The notes below the pieces were generated by a model, which ran no database searches, was not told where the DNA came from, and was given only the letters and a program-made list of their open reading frames with translations. A stretch of DNA of 38,651 nucleotides from Candidatus Methylomirabilia bacterium (GTDB lineage Bacteria; Methylomirabilota; Methylomirabilia; Rokubacteriales; CSP1-6): positions 1 through 38,651 of the forward strand of contig JBHIBG010000018.1 in the NCBI GenBank assembly GCA_046758965.1, in the 5' to 3' direction. A program made the translations under genes and the position numbers. This document shows positions 26,877 through 36,745 of the stretch, piece after piece; position 1 is the first letter of the stretch; each line of letters starts with the position of its first letter.

Positions 26877-27626
26877 GTGTCGGGACACTCACGGTGGGCT
26901 CAGATCAAACGGAAGAAGGCGAAGACCGACCAGCACCGCGGCAAGCTCTTCACCAAGCTGATCCGGGAGATCACGGCCGGGGCCCGCGCCGGCGGCGACC
27001 CCAAAGTCAACATGCGGCTCAAGGCCGCCATCGAGTCCGCCAAGGCCGCCAGCATGCCCGCGGAGAACATCCAACGAGCCATCCTGAAGGGGACCGGGGA
27101 ACTCTCCGGGGAGGCGTTCGAGGAGGTCACCTACGAAGGGTACGGCCCGGGTGGCGTGGCCATCATGGCGCGGATCCTCACCGACAACAAGAACCGCGCC
27201 GGCCCGGCGATCCGCCATATCTTCGAGAAGCACGGTGGGAACCTCGGCACGATGGGGTGCGTGAGCTGGATGTTCGAGCGGAAGGGCGCGATCCAGGTTG
27301 ACGCCGCACGGATCGGTGAAGATGAGCTCCTGGCCACGGTGCTGGACGCCGGGGCCGCCGACATGCGACGCGCTGAAAAAGTATACGAGATCTCCACGGC
27401 CCCTGATGAAATGGAGGCGGTGCGCCAGGTCCTGGAGCAGCGGGGTGTCCCGGTGCTGGAGGCCGAGGTGGCGATGGTGCCGCTCTCCACCGTGCGCGTG
27501 GAGGGGAAAGAGGCCCAACAGGTCCTGCGCCTGATCGAGGCGCTCGAGGAAGAGGACGACGTCCAAACGGTGTACGCCAACTACGATATCCCGGAGGACG
27601 TCATGGAGGCCGTCTCTCTTGCCTGA
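26877..27626 (+). CDS. yebC: YebC/PmpR family protein
   Basis: MSGHSRWAQIKRKK, YEGYGPGG, TDNKNR, DDVQTVYAN; sits upstream of ruvC as usual. Confidence 0.95.
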   Translation: MSGHSRWAQIKRKKAKTDQHRGKLFTKLIREITAGARAGGDPKVNMRLKAAIESAKAASMPAENIQRAILKGTGELSGEAFEEVTYEGYGPGGVAIMARILTDNKNRAGPAIRHIFEKHGGNLGTMGCVSWMFERKGAIQVDAARIGEDELLATVLDAGAADMRRAEKVYEISTAPDEMEAVRQVLEQRGVPVLEAEVAMVPLSTVRVEGKEAQQVLRLIEALEEEDDVQTVYANYDIPEDVMEAVSLA

Positions 27627-28128
27627 CCCGGCGCATGGGCTCCGGGTCATGGGGGTGGACCCGGGGCTCGTGGAGACGGGCTACGGCGTGCTGGAGGCCG
27701 GCTCGGCTGGGCTCGTGATCCTCGATGCCGGCCTCATCGCGGTCCCCAAAGCTCAGCCCCTCGAGGCACGGCTCCAGGCCCTGCACGAGGCTATCCTCCA
27801 GCTCCTCGATCGCTTCACCCCTCAACTCCTGGCGGTGGAGGACCTGTACAGCCAGTCGCGGTTTCCGCGGACTGCCATCCTGATGGGGCACGCCCGCGGG
27901 GTCATCTACCTGGCGGGTCGCCAGCGGGAGGTCGCCATCTTGCCCCTGGCTCCCGCTGAGGTGAAGCGTATGGTGGCGGCAAACGGGTCGGCCTCCAAGG
28001 CCCAGGTGCAGCGGGGGGTCCAGCGGCTGCTCGGGCTGGCCCACCGGCCGCGACCCTCCCACGCTGCGGACGCGCTCGGGCTGGCGGCGACGGGCTTGTC
28101 CCGGGTGCTCGGGCGGCTCCCGCGGTGA
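27619..28128 (+). CDS. ruvC: Holliday junction resolvase
   Basis: MGVDPG..TGYG, AVED, GHARG, VKRMV..NG.ASKAQV, HAADALG; exact start uncertain. Confidence 0.93.
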   Translation: MPDPAHGLRVMGVDPGLVETGYGVLEAGSAGLVILDAGLIAVPKAQPLEARLQALHEAILQLLDRFTPQLLAVEDLYSQSRFPRTAILMGHARGVIYLAGRQREVAILPLAPAEVKRMVAANGSASKAQVQRGVQRLLGLAHRPRPSHAADALGLAATGLSRVLGRLPR

Positions 28129-28778
28129 TCGCCTCTCTGAGGGGGAAACTTCGCCGGAAGCTGGAGGACCGCGTGGTGATCGAGTCCGCGGGGGTCGGTT
28201 ACGAGGTCTTCCTCCCACCTGTGGTCTTCCGGGCGATCGACGGGGCCGTGCCCGATGAAGGCGAGCAGGCGACCGAACTTCGGCTGGTGATCTACTATCA
28301 CGCCACCCGGGATCAGCCCCGCCCTATCCTGATCGGCTTTCTCTCGGAGCTCGACAAGGAGTTCTTCGAGAAGCTGATCACCGTCAAGGACATCGGGCCG
28401 CTGGTGGCGGCGCGCGCCCTGACCACCCCCGTACCCGACCTGGCCGCCGCCATCGCGCGACAGGACGAGAAGTCTCTCAGGCATCTGCCCGGGATCGGGC
28501 CGCAGAAGGCGCGCAACATCGTGGCCCAGCTCCAGGCCAGGGTGGCCAAGTTCGCGCTGCTCAAAGAGCCCGGGGCGCCCGAGCCTGAGGCGGTCCCGGG
28601 GCCGGTCGCCGATGAGGAGAACGTCCGAAGCCTGGTCTGGGAGGTGCTGGTCAAGCAGCTCGGCCATCGACCGAGCGAAGCCTCCCAGCTCATCACGGAG
28701 GCCCTCCGGCGGCGGCCCGGCATCGAGACGGCGGAGGAGTTGTTCGACGAGATCTACCGAGGGAGGAAGGCCTCGTGA
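28125..28778 (+). CDS. ruvA: Holliday junction branch migration protein
   Basis: MIASLRG, GVGYEV, HhH motifs V..IGP..A and LPGIGPQKA; lies between ruvC and ruvB. Confidence 0.92.
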   Translation: MIASLRGKLRRKLEDRVVIESAGVGYEVFLPPVVFRAIDGAVPDEGEQATELRLVIYYHATRDQPRPILIGFLSELDKEFFEKLITVKDIGPLVAARALTTPVPDLAAAIARQDEKSLRHLPGIGPQKARNIVAQLQARVAKFALLKEPGAPEPEAVPGPVADEENVRSLVWEVLVKQLGHRPSEASQLITEALRRRPGIETAEELFDEIYRGRKAS

Positions 28779-28825
28779 TCGGCCGGCGGGTCCTGGAGGA
28801 ACGAGGCTGAACGCAGAGCCACGCG

Positions 28826-29857
28826 ATGGATGAGGCGAGGATCCTGAGCCGGACCGCCCTCCCCGAGGAGGTGCAGGTCGAGCGCCAGCTCCGGCCCCAG
28901 CGCCTGGAGGAGTACGTGGGCCAGACAGCCACGGTGGAGAGCCTGCGGGTCTCCATAGAGGCTGCCCGGCAGCGCGGCGAGCCCGTGGATCACGTCTTGC
29001 TCTATGGCCCTCCGGGTCTCGGGAAAACCACGCTGGCGTACATCCTGGCCAACGAGATGGGGACGCAGATCGTCACCACCTCGGGCCCGGCGCTCGAGCG
29101 TGGAGCCGACCTCATGGGGATCCTGACCAACCTGACCTCCGGAGATATCTTTTTCATCGACGAGGTCCACCGGCTGCCCCGCCAGGTGGAGGAGCTGCTC
29201 TACCCGGCCATGGAAGACTTCACCGTCAACTTCGTGATCGATAAGGGACTCCACGCCCGAACCCTCCGCTACTCCCTCCGCCCGTTCACCCTGGTGGCGG
29301 CGACAACCCGGCCAGGAATGCTCTCCTCGCCCCTGAGAGAGCGCTTCGGCATCTTGCACCACCTGGACTTCTACTCCGACGAGGAACTTTGTCAGATCAT
29401 CGAGCGCTCCGCGTCGATCCTGGGAGCCGGCATCGAGCCAGGTGGAGCCCGGGAGGTGGCCCGGCGCTCGCGGGGGACCCCGCGCATCGCGAACCGGCTC
29501 CTTCGCCGGGTGCGCGACTACGCCCAGGTGAGAGGGGACGGCGTGATCACCCACGCCGTGGCCCAGGACGCGCTGGACCGTGAGGGCGTGGATGGCCGCG
29601 GGCTCGACCGGCTGGACCGCCGGTTCCTGGCGGCTATCATCGAGCAGTACGGAGGCGGGCCGGTGGGGATCGAGGCGGTGGCCGCCACCATCAACGATGA
29701 GGCGGAGACCCTGGAGGAGATGGTCGAGCCGTATCTTCTGAAGACCGGCTTCCTTGTCCGGACCGCCCACGGGCGCCGGGCGACCACCCAGGCCTACGCC
29801 CACCTGGGCCATCGGCCGCCGCCGGTCCCGGACGCTCAGGGGCGGCTTCTCCTGTAG
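28826..29857 (+). CDS. ruvB: Holliday junction branch migration helicase
   Basis: [55 protein letters not shown]. Confidence 0.97.
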   Translation: MDEARILSRTALPEEVQVERQLRPQRLEEYVGQTATVESLRVSIEAARQRGEPVDHVLLYGPPGLGKTTLAYILANEMGTQIVTTSGPALERGADLMGILTNLTSGDIFFIDEVHRLPRQVEELLYPAMEDFTVNFVIDKGLHARTLRYSLRPFTLVAATTRPGMLSSPLRERFGILHHLDFYSDEELCQIIERSASILGAGIEPGGAREVARRSRGTPRIANRLLRRVRDYAQVRGDGVITHAVAQDALDREGVDGRGLDRLDRRFLAAIIEQYGGGPVGIEAVAATINDEAETLEEMVEPYLLKTGFLVRTAHGRRATTQAYAHLGHRPPPVPDAQGRLLL

Positions 29858-29869
29858 GGGTGATCGGGG

Positions 29870-30106
29870 ATGATTGAGCTCGGCTGGCTGGGGAAATTAC
29901 TTATTAGTTTCGGGGTCGTCATGGTAGTTCTGGGGGTGATTTTCCTGTTGCTGGGGACTCTATCGGGAAAGGTGCCGTGGATCGGGCGACTGCCGGGCGA
30001 TATCTACATCCAGCGTGGGAACTGGACGTTCTACTTCCCGCTGGCCACATCTATCCTCTTGAGCATCGTACTCAGTCTTCTCCTCTCGTTCTTCTTCCGC
30101 CGCTGA
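29870..30106 (+). CDS. DUF2905 family small membrane protein
   Basis: GRLPGDIYI...FYFPLATSILLS signature; usual position after ruvB. Confidence 0.9.
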   Translation: MIELGWLGKLLISFGVVMVVLGVIFLLLGTLSGKVPWIGRLPGDIYIQRGNWTFYFPLATSILLSIVLSLLLSFFFRR

Positions 30107-31215
30107 GGCGGCTCTTCGCGCTAGCCCTGAGCTTGCTCTTGACCTTCGAAGTGGCCCCGGCGTTTGCCAACGGGCTCATCCGGGTCGCCGTGGCCGACGG
30201 GGTGCGGAGCGTGCAGATCGGAGGTGGCCCGGTCCGGGTGCTAGACCTGGCGGGCGGCGCCGTGCTCGAGGGGAGGGCTCGGTGGCTCCGGGTCTCACTC
30301 CGCGACGGAGCGCTCCAGGTGGCGGGCGTGAGGCTTTCCGCTGCGCGCCTGCGGCCCCTCGGGACTCACCACCTCAGGATCAATGGCCACCTCTATCCGG
30401 GCATCCTGGAGGTGCTGAGGAACGGCAACGGGCTCACGGTGGTGAACGAGCTCCCGTTGGACGCCTATCTGGTGGGCGTGCTGGCCGCCGAGGCCGCAGA
30501 CGATTGGCCCGTGGAGGCGCTCAAGGCCCAGGCGATCGCGGCCCGCACGTTTGCGCTGTACCATCGCCGGCTTAACGCCGCCAAGCCCTTTCACCTCGTC
30601 GCCTCCACCGCTCACCAGCGGTATGCCGGCAGCGTGCCTGCCTCTTCCCCCCTCTGGCTGGCCGTGAAGGAAACAGCGGGGGAAGTGCTCCGCTGGGAGG
30701 GCCAGCTCTTCCCGGCCTTCTACCACGCTGATAGCGGAGGCCACACCGAAGACCCTCGGAAGGTCTTCGACGCTCCCAACATGCCCGCCCTCAAGCCGGT
30801 GCGCTCCGACTTCTCAGCGGGCGCCCCCCACTACGCCTGGAGCCTGGGTGTGCCGCTGAGCGAGCTCGCTGGGGTCCTCAGAAAGGGCGGAATCTCGGTG
30901 GGGCGTATCCTCAGGCTGGAGGTGCTCGAGCGCTCCCGCTCGCTCCGCGTCCTCAGGATGGCGGTCCACGGCACGCGCGGGAGGGCCACGGTTCGGGGAG
31001 TGGACTTGAGGAGGCTCCTCGGCGCCCGCGTCCTGAAGAGCACCCTCTTCGTGGTATCCGTGGATGGGGCGTACGCTCGCTTCACGGGCCGCGGATACGG
31101 CCACGGCGTGGGTTTGAGCCAGTGGGGCGCCAAGGGGATGGCGGAGCAGGGGTACGGCTACCGGGAGATCCTGAGGTTCTACTACCCCGGCTCGATCCTG
31201 TCGACCGTCCGATAA
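30103..31215 (+). CDS. SpoIID/LytB domain protein (putative lytic transglycosylase)
   Basis: VVNELPLDAYLVGVLAAE..WPVEALKAQAIAARTFA, AFYHADSGGHTE, GRGYGHGVGLSQWGA.GMA.QG; start uncertain (CTG 30103 or TTG 30133). Confidence 0.88.
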   Translation: MRRLFALALSLLLTFEVAPAFANGLIRVAVADGVRSVQIGGGPVRVLDLAGGAVLEGRARWLRVSLRDGALQVAGVRLSAARLRPLGTHHLRINGHLYPGILEVLRNGNGLTVVNELPLDAYLVGVLAAEAADDWPVEALKAQAIAARTFALYHRRLNAAKPFHLVASTAHQRYAGSVPASSPLWLAVKETAGEVLRWEGQLFPAFYHADSGGHTEDPRKVFDAPNMPALKPVRSDFSAGAPHYAWSLGVPLSELAGVLRKGGISVGRILRLEVLERSRSLRVLRMAVHGTRGRATVRGVDLRRLLGARVLKSTLFVVSVDGAYARFTGRGYGHGVGLSQWGAKGMAEQGYGYREILRFYYPGSILSTVR

Positions 31216-31237
31216 CCGATCCGCAGGGCGCTCGGCC

Positions 31238-32341
31238 TCAGAACGTCACGACGCTCCGGGCCACCTCCCCGCGCTCGAGGGCGTCGTAGGCCTCGTTGAT
31301 CTGGTCGAACGGGTAGGTACGCGTCAGGAGCTCGTCGAGCTTCAGCTTGCCCCCGCGGTAGAGGTCGATCAGCTTGAGGATGTCCATCCGAGGCCGGCTG
31401 GAGCCGTACACGGATCCTGTGAGGACCCGCTCCTCAAAGACGAGCGACATCACGGGTACAGAGACCTCTGTCGTTAACGGAGTAACACCAACCACCACCG
31501 CCACCCCGCGCTTGGCAAGCGAGTCGTAGGCCTGGCGCATCGTGACCGGCAGGCCGATCACCTCAAAGGCGTAGTCGACCCCCCTGCCACCCGTGAGGGC
31601 TCGGACCTGCTCCACGGGGTTGCCCGATGAGGCGTTGACGGTATGCGTGGCCCCGAACCGCCGGGCGAACTCCAGCTTGTTGTCCAGGAGGTCCACCGCG
31701 ATGATCTTGTCGGCGCCGGCGATGGCGGCGCCCTGCACGACGTTCAGGCCGACTCCGCCGGTACCGAAGACCGCCACGCTGCTCCCGGGTTTGACCCGGG
31801 CGGCGTTGACCGCCGCTCCGACTCCCGTGATGACGGCGCACCCGAGCAGCGCCGCCCGGTCGAGAGAGAGGTCGTTCGGGATCTTGAGGACTGACTTCTC
31901 CGGGACCACGGAGTACTCGGAGAAGCTCGACACGCCGGCAAAGTGTTTGATCTCGGTCCCGTTGAGTTTGAACCGGCTCGTGCCGTCCGAGAGGCGCCCC
32001 GTCATCCGGATCTGCATGCCCGAGGGGCAGAGGGCGGGGCGGCTGTCCGTGCAGTACTCGCACTCGCCGCAGCTCAGTCTCCAGAGCGGGAGGACGTGAT
32101 CCCCCGGCCGGACCGTCGTCACCCCGGACCCCACCTCCGCCACGATGCCCGAGCCCTCGTGCCCGAGGATTGCGGGGACGGGAGCGACTAGATGTCCGGT
32201 CATCACGTGCAGGTCACTGTGGCAGACCCCGCCCGCCGCCATCCGGATCAGCACCTCCCCGGCCTGCGGGTTCTGCACCTCGACCTCGCGGATCTCCAGC
32301 CTCTTCCCCACCTCGAATAGCACCGCCGCCTTTGCCTTCAT
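31238..32341 (-). CDS. Zinc-dependent alcohol dehydrogenase (MDR family)
   Basis: GVCHSD, LGHEG, structural Zn C..C..C...C, LLGCAVITG.GA, GTGGVG. Confidence 0.93.
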   Translation of the reverse strand: MKAKAAVLFEVGKRLEIREVEVQNPQAGEVLIRMAAGGVCHSDLHVMTGHLVAPVPAILGHEGSGIVAEVGSGVTTVRPGDHVLPLWRLSCGECEYCTDSRPALCPSGMQIRMTGRLSDGTSRFKLNGTEIKHFAGVSSFSEYSVVPEKSVLKIPNDLSLDRAALLGCAVITGVGAAVNAARVKPGSSVAVFGTGGVGLNVVQGAAIAGADKIIAVDLLDNKLEFARRFGATHTVNASSGNPVEQVRALTGGRGVDYAFEVIGLPVTMRQAYDSLAKRGVAVVVGVTPLTTEVSVPVMSLVFEERVLTGSVYGSSRPRMDILKLIDLYRGGKLKLDELLTRTYPFDQINEAYDALERGEVARSVVTF

Positions 32342-32440
32342 CGGTTAGCTCCTTCTGACAGGTACGGCATTGTCGCCCGCCGGACGCAGAACAGTATGAG
32401 ATACGGCCACCCCAGATTCCGGTCGCACCCCTCTGCATAG

Positions 32441-32515
32441 CAGATAGCAGTGCTTGGTTCGGTTGTCAATCCGGGGTCCGTTCTGCTTGACAGCGTCCCG
32501 CTCTGGCTTGAGACT
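32441..32515. promoter_or_regulatory. Probable back-to-back divergent promoters for adh and queA
   Basis: Minus strand TTGACA (32469-32464)-17-TATCTG with TGn; plus strand TTGACA (32487-32492)-17-GAGACT; both -10 matches are weak. Confidence 0.4.
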
Positions 32516-32524
32516 TCGACTGGC

Positions 32525-33553
32525 ATGGACGTCTCCCTGTTTGACTACCATCTCCCCCCCGACCGCATTGCCCAGTATCCGGCTGAGCGGCGCGATGCCT
32601 CGCGGCTCTTACTCCTTGATCGGGCCGCTGGCCGGTGGGAGGATCACATGTTCGGTGACCTCACCGGCCTTCTGCGGGGGGGAGACTGCCTCGTGGTCAA
32701 CGACTCGCACGTGATCCCCGCTCGCTTTTACGGTCAATTCCCCGCTGGTGGAGCGGTGGAGCTCCTGTTCCTCCGGGAGATCAGCCCCGGTCGCTGGGAG
32801 GTTCTCGCCAAGCCTGGCAAGCGTCTTCGCGCCGGCGCGGTGATCCTGCTCGAGGAAGGTCGCGCCCGGGTCGTGGAGGTTGCCTCCGAGGGGCGCCGAG
32901 TCATTGACGTGGACGGCGTTCCCCCGGTCAGGGAGTTCCTCGAGCGCCACGGGCTGCCGCCACTCCCGCCATATATCCGCCGCTATGCCAAGCCAGAGGC
33001 CGAGGATTGGGAGCGCTACCAGACCGTCTATGCCCGTCACGACGGATCGGTGGCCGCGCCCACGGCCGGGCTTCACTTTACCTCCGCGCTGTTGGATCGT
33101 CTACGGGCCGAGGGGTTCGAGCTTCAGACTCTCACGCTCCACGTCGGGCCCGGGACCTTCCGCCCGATCCGCACCGCCCGGGTCGAGTCCCATCGGATGG
33201 AGGCCGAGGAAGTCGCGCTCTCCCCTCAGGTGGCGGACGCCATCAACCGGGCAAAGGTGCAGGGGCGCAGGATCATCGCGGCAGGGACGACGACCTGCCG
33301 CGCGCTCGAATCTGCTGCGGACCGGGGAGGAAGGGTTCAGGCGCTTTCGGGGCCCACGAACCTCTACATCTATCCTGGCTATCGTTTCAAGGTCATTGAC
33401 GCTCTCCTCACCAACTTCCACCTGCCGAGGTCCTCCCTCCTTCTCCTGGTGTGCGCCTTCGCCGGCCGGGAGCAGACTCTCTCCACCTACCGCCACGCCG
33501 TCGAGGCGGGCTACCGCTTCTACTCCTACGGCGACGCCATGCTGATTCTGTAG
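32525..33553 (+). CDS. queA: S-adenosylmethionine:tRNA ribosyltransferase-isomerase
   Basis: FDYHLP..RIAQ.P..RDASRLL, PLPPYI, YQTVYA, SVAAPTAGLHFT, TNFHLPRS, YRFYSYGDAM. Confidence 0.97.
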   Translation: MDVSLFDYHLPPDRIAQYPAERRDASRLLLLDRAAGRWEDHMFGDLTGLLRGGDCLVVNDSHVIPARFYGQFPAGGAVELLFLREISPGRWEVLAKPGKRLRAGAVILLEEGRARVVEVASEGRRVIDVDGVPPVREFLERHGLPPLPPYIRRYAKPEAEDWERYQTVYARHDGSVAAPTAGLHFTSALLDRLRAEGFELQTLTLHVGPGTFRPIRTARVESHRMEAEEVALSPQVADAINRAKVQGRRIIAAGTTTCRALESAADRGGRVQALSGPTNLYIYPGYRFKVIDALLTNFHLPRSSLLLLVCAFAGREQTLSTYRHAVEAGYRFYSYGDAMLIL

Positions 33554-33576
33554 CCCTGAACTCCTATCCCTATACG

Positions 33577-33605
33577 TTGACAGCTCTCCGTCAGGATCGT
33601 ATAAG
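33577..33605 (+). promoter_or_regulatory. Internal sigma70 promoter upstream of tgt-yajC-secD-secF
   Basis: TTGACA (33577-33582), 17-nt spacer, TATAAG (33600-33605). Confidence 0.7.
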
Positions 33606-33661
33606 TGGTGAGGTTCCAGCCACTGCGCGGGAACCCGGGATGCTCTGACGAGAGAAACTTC

Positions 33662-34819
33662 ATGTTCCGCTTGCGCTTTGACCTCACCAAGACCGACGAA
33701 GCGGCACGGCTGGGTCGACTCGAGGCGCCTCACGGTGTGGTGGATACACCGGCGTTCATGCCGGTGGGCACCCAGGGGAGTGTGAAGGGCCTGACCCCGG
33801 ACGACCTCAGGGGAATCGGCGTCCAGATCATCCTGGCGAACACCTATCACCTGTTCCTCCGTCCCGGCCATGCGCTCATCGAGCAGCTCGGAGGCCTCCA
33901 CCGCTTCATGGGATGGAAAGGCCCGCTCCTCACCGATTCGGGCGGCTTTCAGGTCTATAGCCTCTCGGCCAGCAGGACGATCACGGAGGAGGGCGTGCGC
34001 TTCCGCTCCCACCTGGACGGGTCAGAGCAGCTCCTGACGCCTGAGCTCTCGGTCGGGATCCAGCAGGCGCTCGGGGCCGACATCATCCACCCACTCGATG
34101 AGTGCCTGGCGTATCCCGCCTCTCGCGTGGAGACCGAGCGCTCCCTGGCCCTCACCCTCCGCTGGGCGGCTCGCGCCAAGGCGGCCCATGGGGAGAGAGG
34201 TGGCGGCCAGGCGCTGTTCGGGATTGTTCAGGGCGGCAGTTACGAGAACCTCCGGCAACGGGCCGTGGAGGAGACCTGTGCCCTCGGCTTTGATGGCTAC
34301 GCGATCGGCGGCCTGGCTGTCGGGGAGCCCACCCCGCTCATGCTGGATCTGGTCGCGCTGGTCGCCTCGCTCCTGCCGAGGGATCGACCCCGCTACCTGA
34401 TGGGGATCGGAAGGCCGCCGGACTTGGTGGAGGCCGTGGCCCGGGGTGTGGATCTCTTCGACTGCGTGCTTCCCACGCGGAATGCCCGGAACGGCCAGCT
34501 CTTCACCGCCGAGGGCGTCCTCAACATCAAGCACACCCGGTATGCCCGCGATACCGCTCCGCCTGACAGGAGCTGCGCCTGCTACACGTGCCGGCACTTC
34601 TCCCGCGCGTACCTCCGCCACCTCTACCGGGCGCGGGAGCTCCTGGCTCCACGCCTCCTCTCCCTGCATAACCTCGCCTTCTACGTGGCCCTCATGGCGC
34701 GGATGCGCGAGGCCATCAAGGCCGGCGAGTTCGCGGCACTCCAGGCTCGGTTTTTGACGCGCTATGCGGTATCATCCGATGGTGACAGATCCGAGACCCC
34801 TGAAGAGAGGGAGGCTTGA
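33662..34819 (+). CDS. tgt: tRNA-guanine transglycosylase
   Basis: TPAFMPVGT, ANTYHL, TDSGGFQV, GIVQG, DLFDCVLPTRNARNG, Zn site C.C..C...H. Confidence 0.97.
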   Translation: MFRLRFDLTKTDEAARLGRLEAPHGVVDTPAFMPVGTQGSVKGLTPDDLRGIGVQIILANTYHLFLRPGHALIEQLGGLHRFMGWKGPLLTDSGGFQVYSLSASRTITEEGVRFRSHLDGSEQLLTPELSVGIQQALGADIIHPLDECLAYPASRVETERSLALTLRWAARAKAAHGERGGGQALFGIVQGGSYENLRQRAVEETCALGFDGYAIGGLAVGEPTPLMLDLVALVASLLPRDRPRYLMGIGRPPDLVEAVARGVDLFDCVLPTRNARNGQLFTAEGVLNIKHTRYARDTAPPDRSCACYTCRHFSRAYLRHLYRARELLAPRLLSLHNLAFYVALMARMREAIKAGEFAALQARFLTRYAVSSDGDRSETPEEREA

Positions 34820-35166
34820 TGGTGAACCTTGCTCATGCCGCTGATCTTGCATTCGCCGCCAGCCAGCAGACGGGAGGTGGTGCGCCGAATTTCTTTGGCC
34901 CGCTCTTCCTCTTCGGCGGCATGGCCGTCATCTTCTACTTTCTCCTCATCCGGCCCCAGCAGAGACAGCGGAAGGCGCACGCTGAGATGCTCGCGGCTCT
35001 CAAGAGGGGGGACCGCGTCGCGACCTCCGGTGGCCTCCACGGCACCATCACGGGGCTCAACGAGAGGACCGTGATCTTGCGAATCGCCGACCAGGTCAAG
35101 GTGGAGGTCGACCGGAGCGCCATCAGTCGGATCGTCGCGGGCGAGTCCGAGAGGGAGGCCTCGTAG
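34819..35166 (+). CDS. yajC: Preprotein translocase subunit YajC
   Basis: FYFLLIRPQQ...LKRGDRVATSGGLHG; TGATG overlap with tgt. Confidence 0.95.
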   Translation: MVNLAHAADLAFAASQQTGGGAPNFFGPLFLFGGMAVIFYFLLIRPQQRQRKAHAEMLAALKRGDRVATSGGLHGTITGLNERTVILRIADQVKVEVDRSAISRIVAGESEREAS

Positions 35167-35168
35167 GG

Positions 35169-36722
35169 ATGCGCCGCAAGCTCTGGCTGCGGATCGGTAT
35201 CGTCCTGGCTGTGGTCCTCGGCTCGGTGTGGCTGCTCTACCCGCCCCGGCAGACCATCAACCTCGGGCTCGACCTCCAGGGCGGAATCCATCTGGTGCTG
35301 GGCGTTGAGGTGGACAAGGCCGTGGAGGCCCGTGTAGAGCGAACGGTAACGGATCTCCGCTCATCCCTGGATGGCCGGGGGATCGCGGTGAGCCAGCTCG
35401 CCCGGCAGGAGCTTGACGAGATTGCGATTCAGCTCGCCTCTCCCCAGGCCTGGAACGACGCCCTGACGGCGCTCAGCGAATTTCAGGCCTTCGAGCAGCG
35501 GAGCGCGGATCAAGGCGACGGTCGGATCACCCTGGCGCTCCGGGCGCGGGAGGGGGCGACCATCCGCGACTTCGCGGTCCGGCAGGCCCTGGAAACCATC
35601 CGCAACCGCGTGGATCAGTTCGGGGTGGCCGAGCCTGCGATCCAGCGGCAGGGGGAGAACCGGATCCTGATCCAGCTGCCGGGCGTTCAGGACCCGGAGC
35701 GGGCCAAAGCGTTGATCGGGAAAACCGCGCTCCTCGAGTTCAAATGGCTGGACGAGTCCGCGGACGTCGCCAGAGCACTGCGTGAGGGCCCCCCCGCGGG
35801 GTCCGAGGTCGTCTACGAGCGGCGGGTGGACAAGCAGACGGGTCAGGAGCAGCGAGTCCCGTTCGTGGTCAGGAAGAAAACCCTCCTCACCGGAGCTGAC
35901 CTTGCCACGGCCCGCATGACCCTTGACCAGAGCACCGGCGAGCCGTTCGTGTCGGTGGAGTTCAATAAGGTCGGGGCCAAGGCCTTTGCCGAGCTGACCG
36001 AGCGGAACGTGGGACGGCGGCTCGCCATCATCCTGGACGGCAGTCTCCACTCGGCTCCGGTCATCAGAGAGCGGATTCCGTTGGGGCGGGCCCAGATCAC
36101 CGGGGGGTTTACTGTCGAGGAGGCCACGGACCTGGCCATCGTGCTCAGAGCCGGCGCGTTGCCAGCCCCCGTGAAGATCCTGGAGGAGCGGCGGGTGGGG
36201 CCGTCGCTGGGGGCGGACTCCATCCGCAGAGGGATCGTTTCCATCCTGGCCGGGGCCGCTGCCGTGCTGCTCTTTATGCTGATCTACTATCGGCTCTCGG
36301 GCCTGGTCGCCGATGTGGCGCTCGGTCTGAATCTGCTCGTACTCCTCGGCACCATGGCGGCGTTCAACGCTACGCTCACGCTCCCCGGCCTCGCGGGAAT
36401 CGTCCTCACGATCGGGATCGCCGTCGATACCAACATCCTGATCTTCGAGCGCATCCGCGAAGAGCTCCGGAGCGGCAAGACCGTCCGGGCCGCGATCGAC
36501 TCGGGGTTCGCCCGCGCCTTTCGTACCGTGCTTGACACCCACGTGACCGTGTTGGTCTCGGCGTTGGTCCTCTATATCTTCGGGACCGGCCCGGTCAAGG
36601 GATTCGCCGTCACCCTGGCCATCGGCATCCTGGCCAGCCTCTTCACCGCTGTCTTCTTCACCCGCCTCGTCTTTAACCTCATGTACATGGGCCACCGCCG
36701 GCTCCCATCCCTGTCTATCTAG
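35169..36722 (+). CDS. secD: Protein translocase subunit SecD
   Basis: NLGLDLQGG, IRNRVDQFGVAEP, LRAGALPAP, VGPSLG.DSI, ILIFERIREE. Confidence 0.97.
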   Translation: MRRKLWLRIGIVLAVVLGSVWLLYPPRQTINLGLDLQGGIHLVLGVEVDKAVEARVERTVTDLRSSLDGRGIAVSQLARQELDEIAIQLASPQAWNDALTALSEFQAFEQRSADQGDGRITLALRAREGATIRDFAVRQALETIRNRVDQFGVAEPAIQRQGENRILIQLPGVQDPERAKALIGKTALLEFKWLDESADVARALREGPPAGSEVVYERRVDKQTGQEQRVPFVVRKKTLLTGADLATARMTLDQSTGEPFVSVEFNKVGAKAFAELTERNVGRRLAIILDGSLHSAPVIRERIPLGRAQITGGFTVEEATDLAIVLRAGALPAPVKILEERRVGPSLGADSIRRGIVSILAGAAAVLLFMLIYYRLSGLVADVALGLNLLVLLGTMAAFNATLTLPGLAGIVLTIGIAVDTNILIFERIREELRSGKTVRAAIDSGFARAFRTVLDTHVTVLVSALVLYIFGTGPVKGFAVTLAIGILASLFTAVFFTRLVFNLMYMGHRRLPSLSI

Positions 36723-36745
36723 GGCGTTCCATCGCGGGAGAGGCC

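Noticed and set aside
33554..33661. PreQ1 riboswitch upstream of tgt (or of queA)
   Set aside because: No recognisable stem plus A-rich tail; the region is explained by a promoter.
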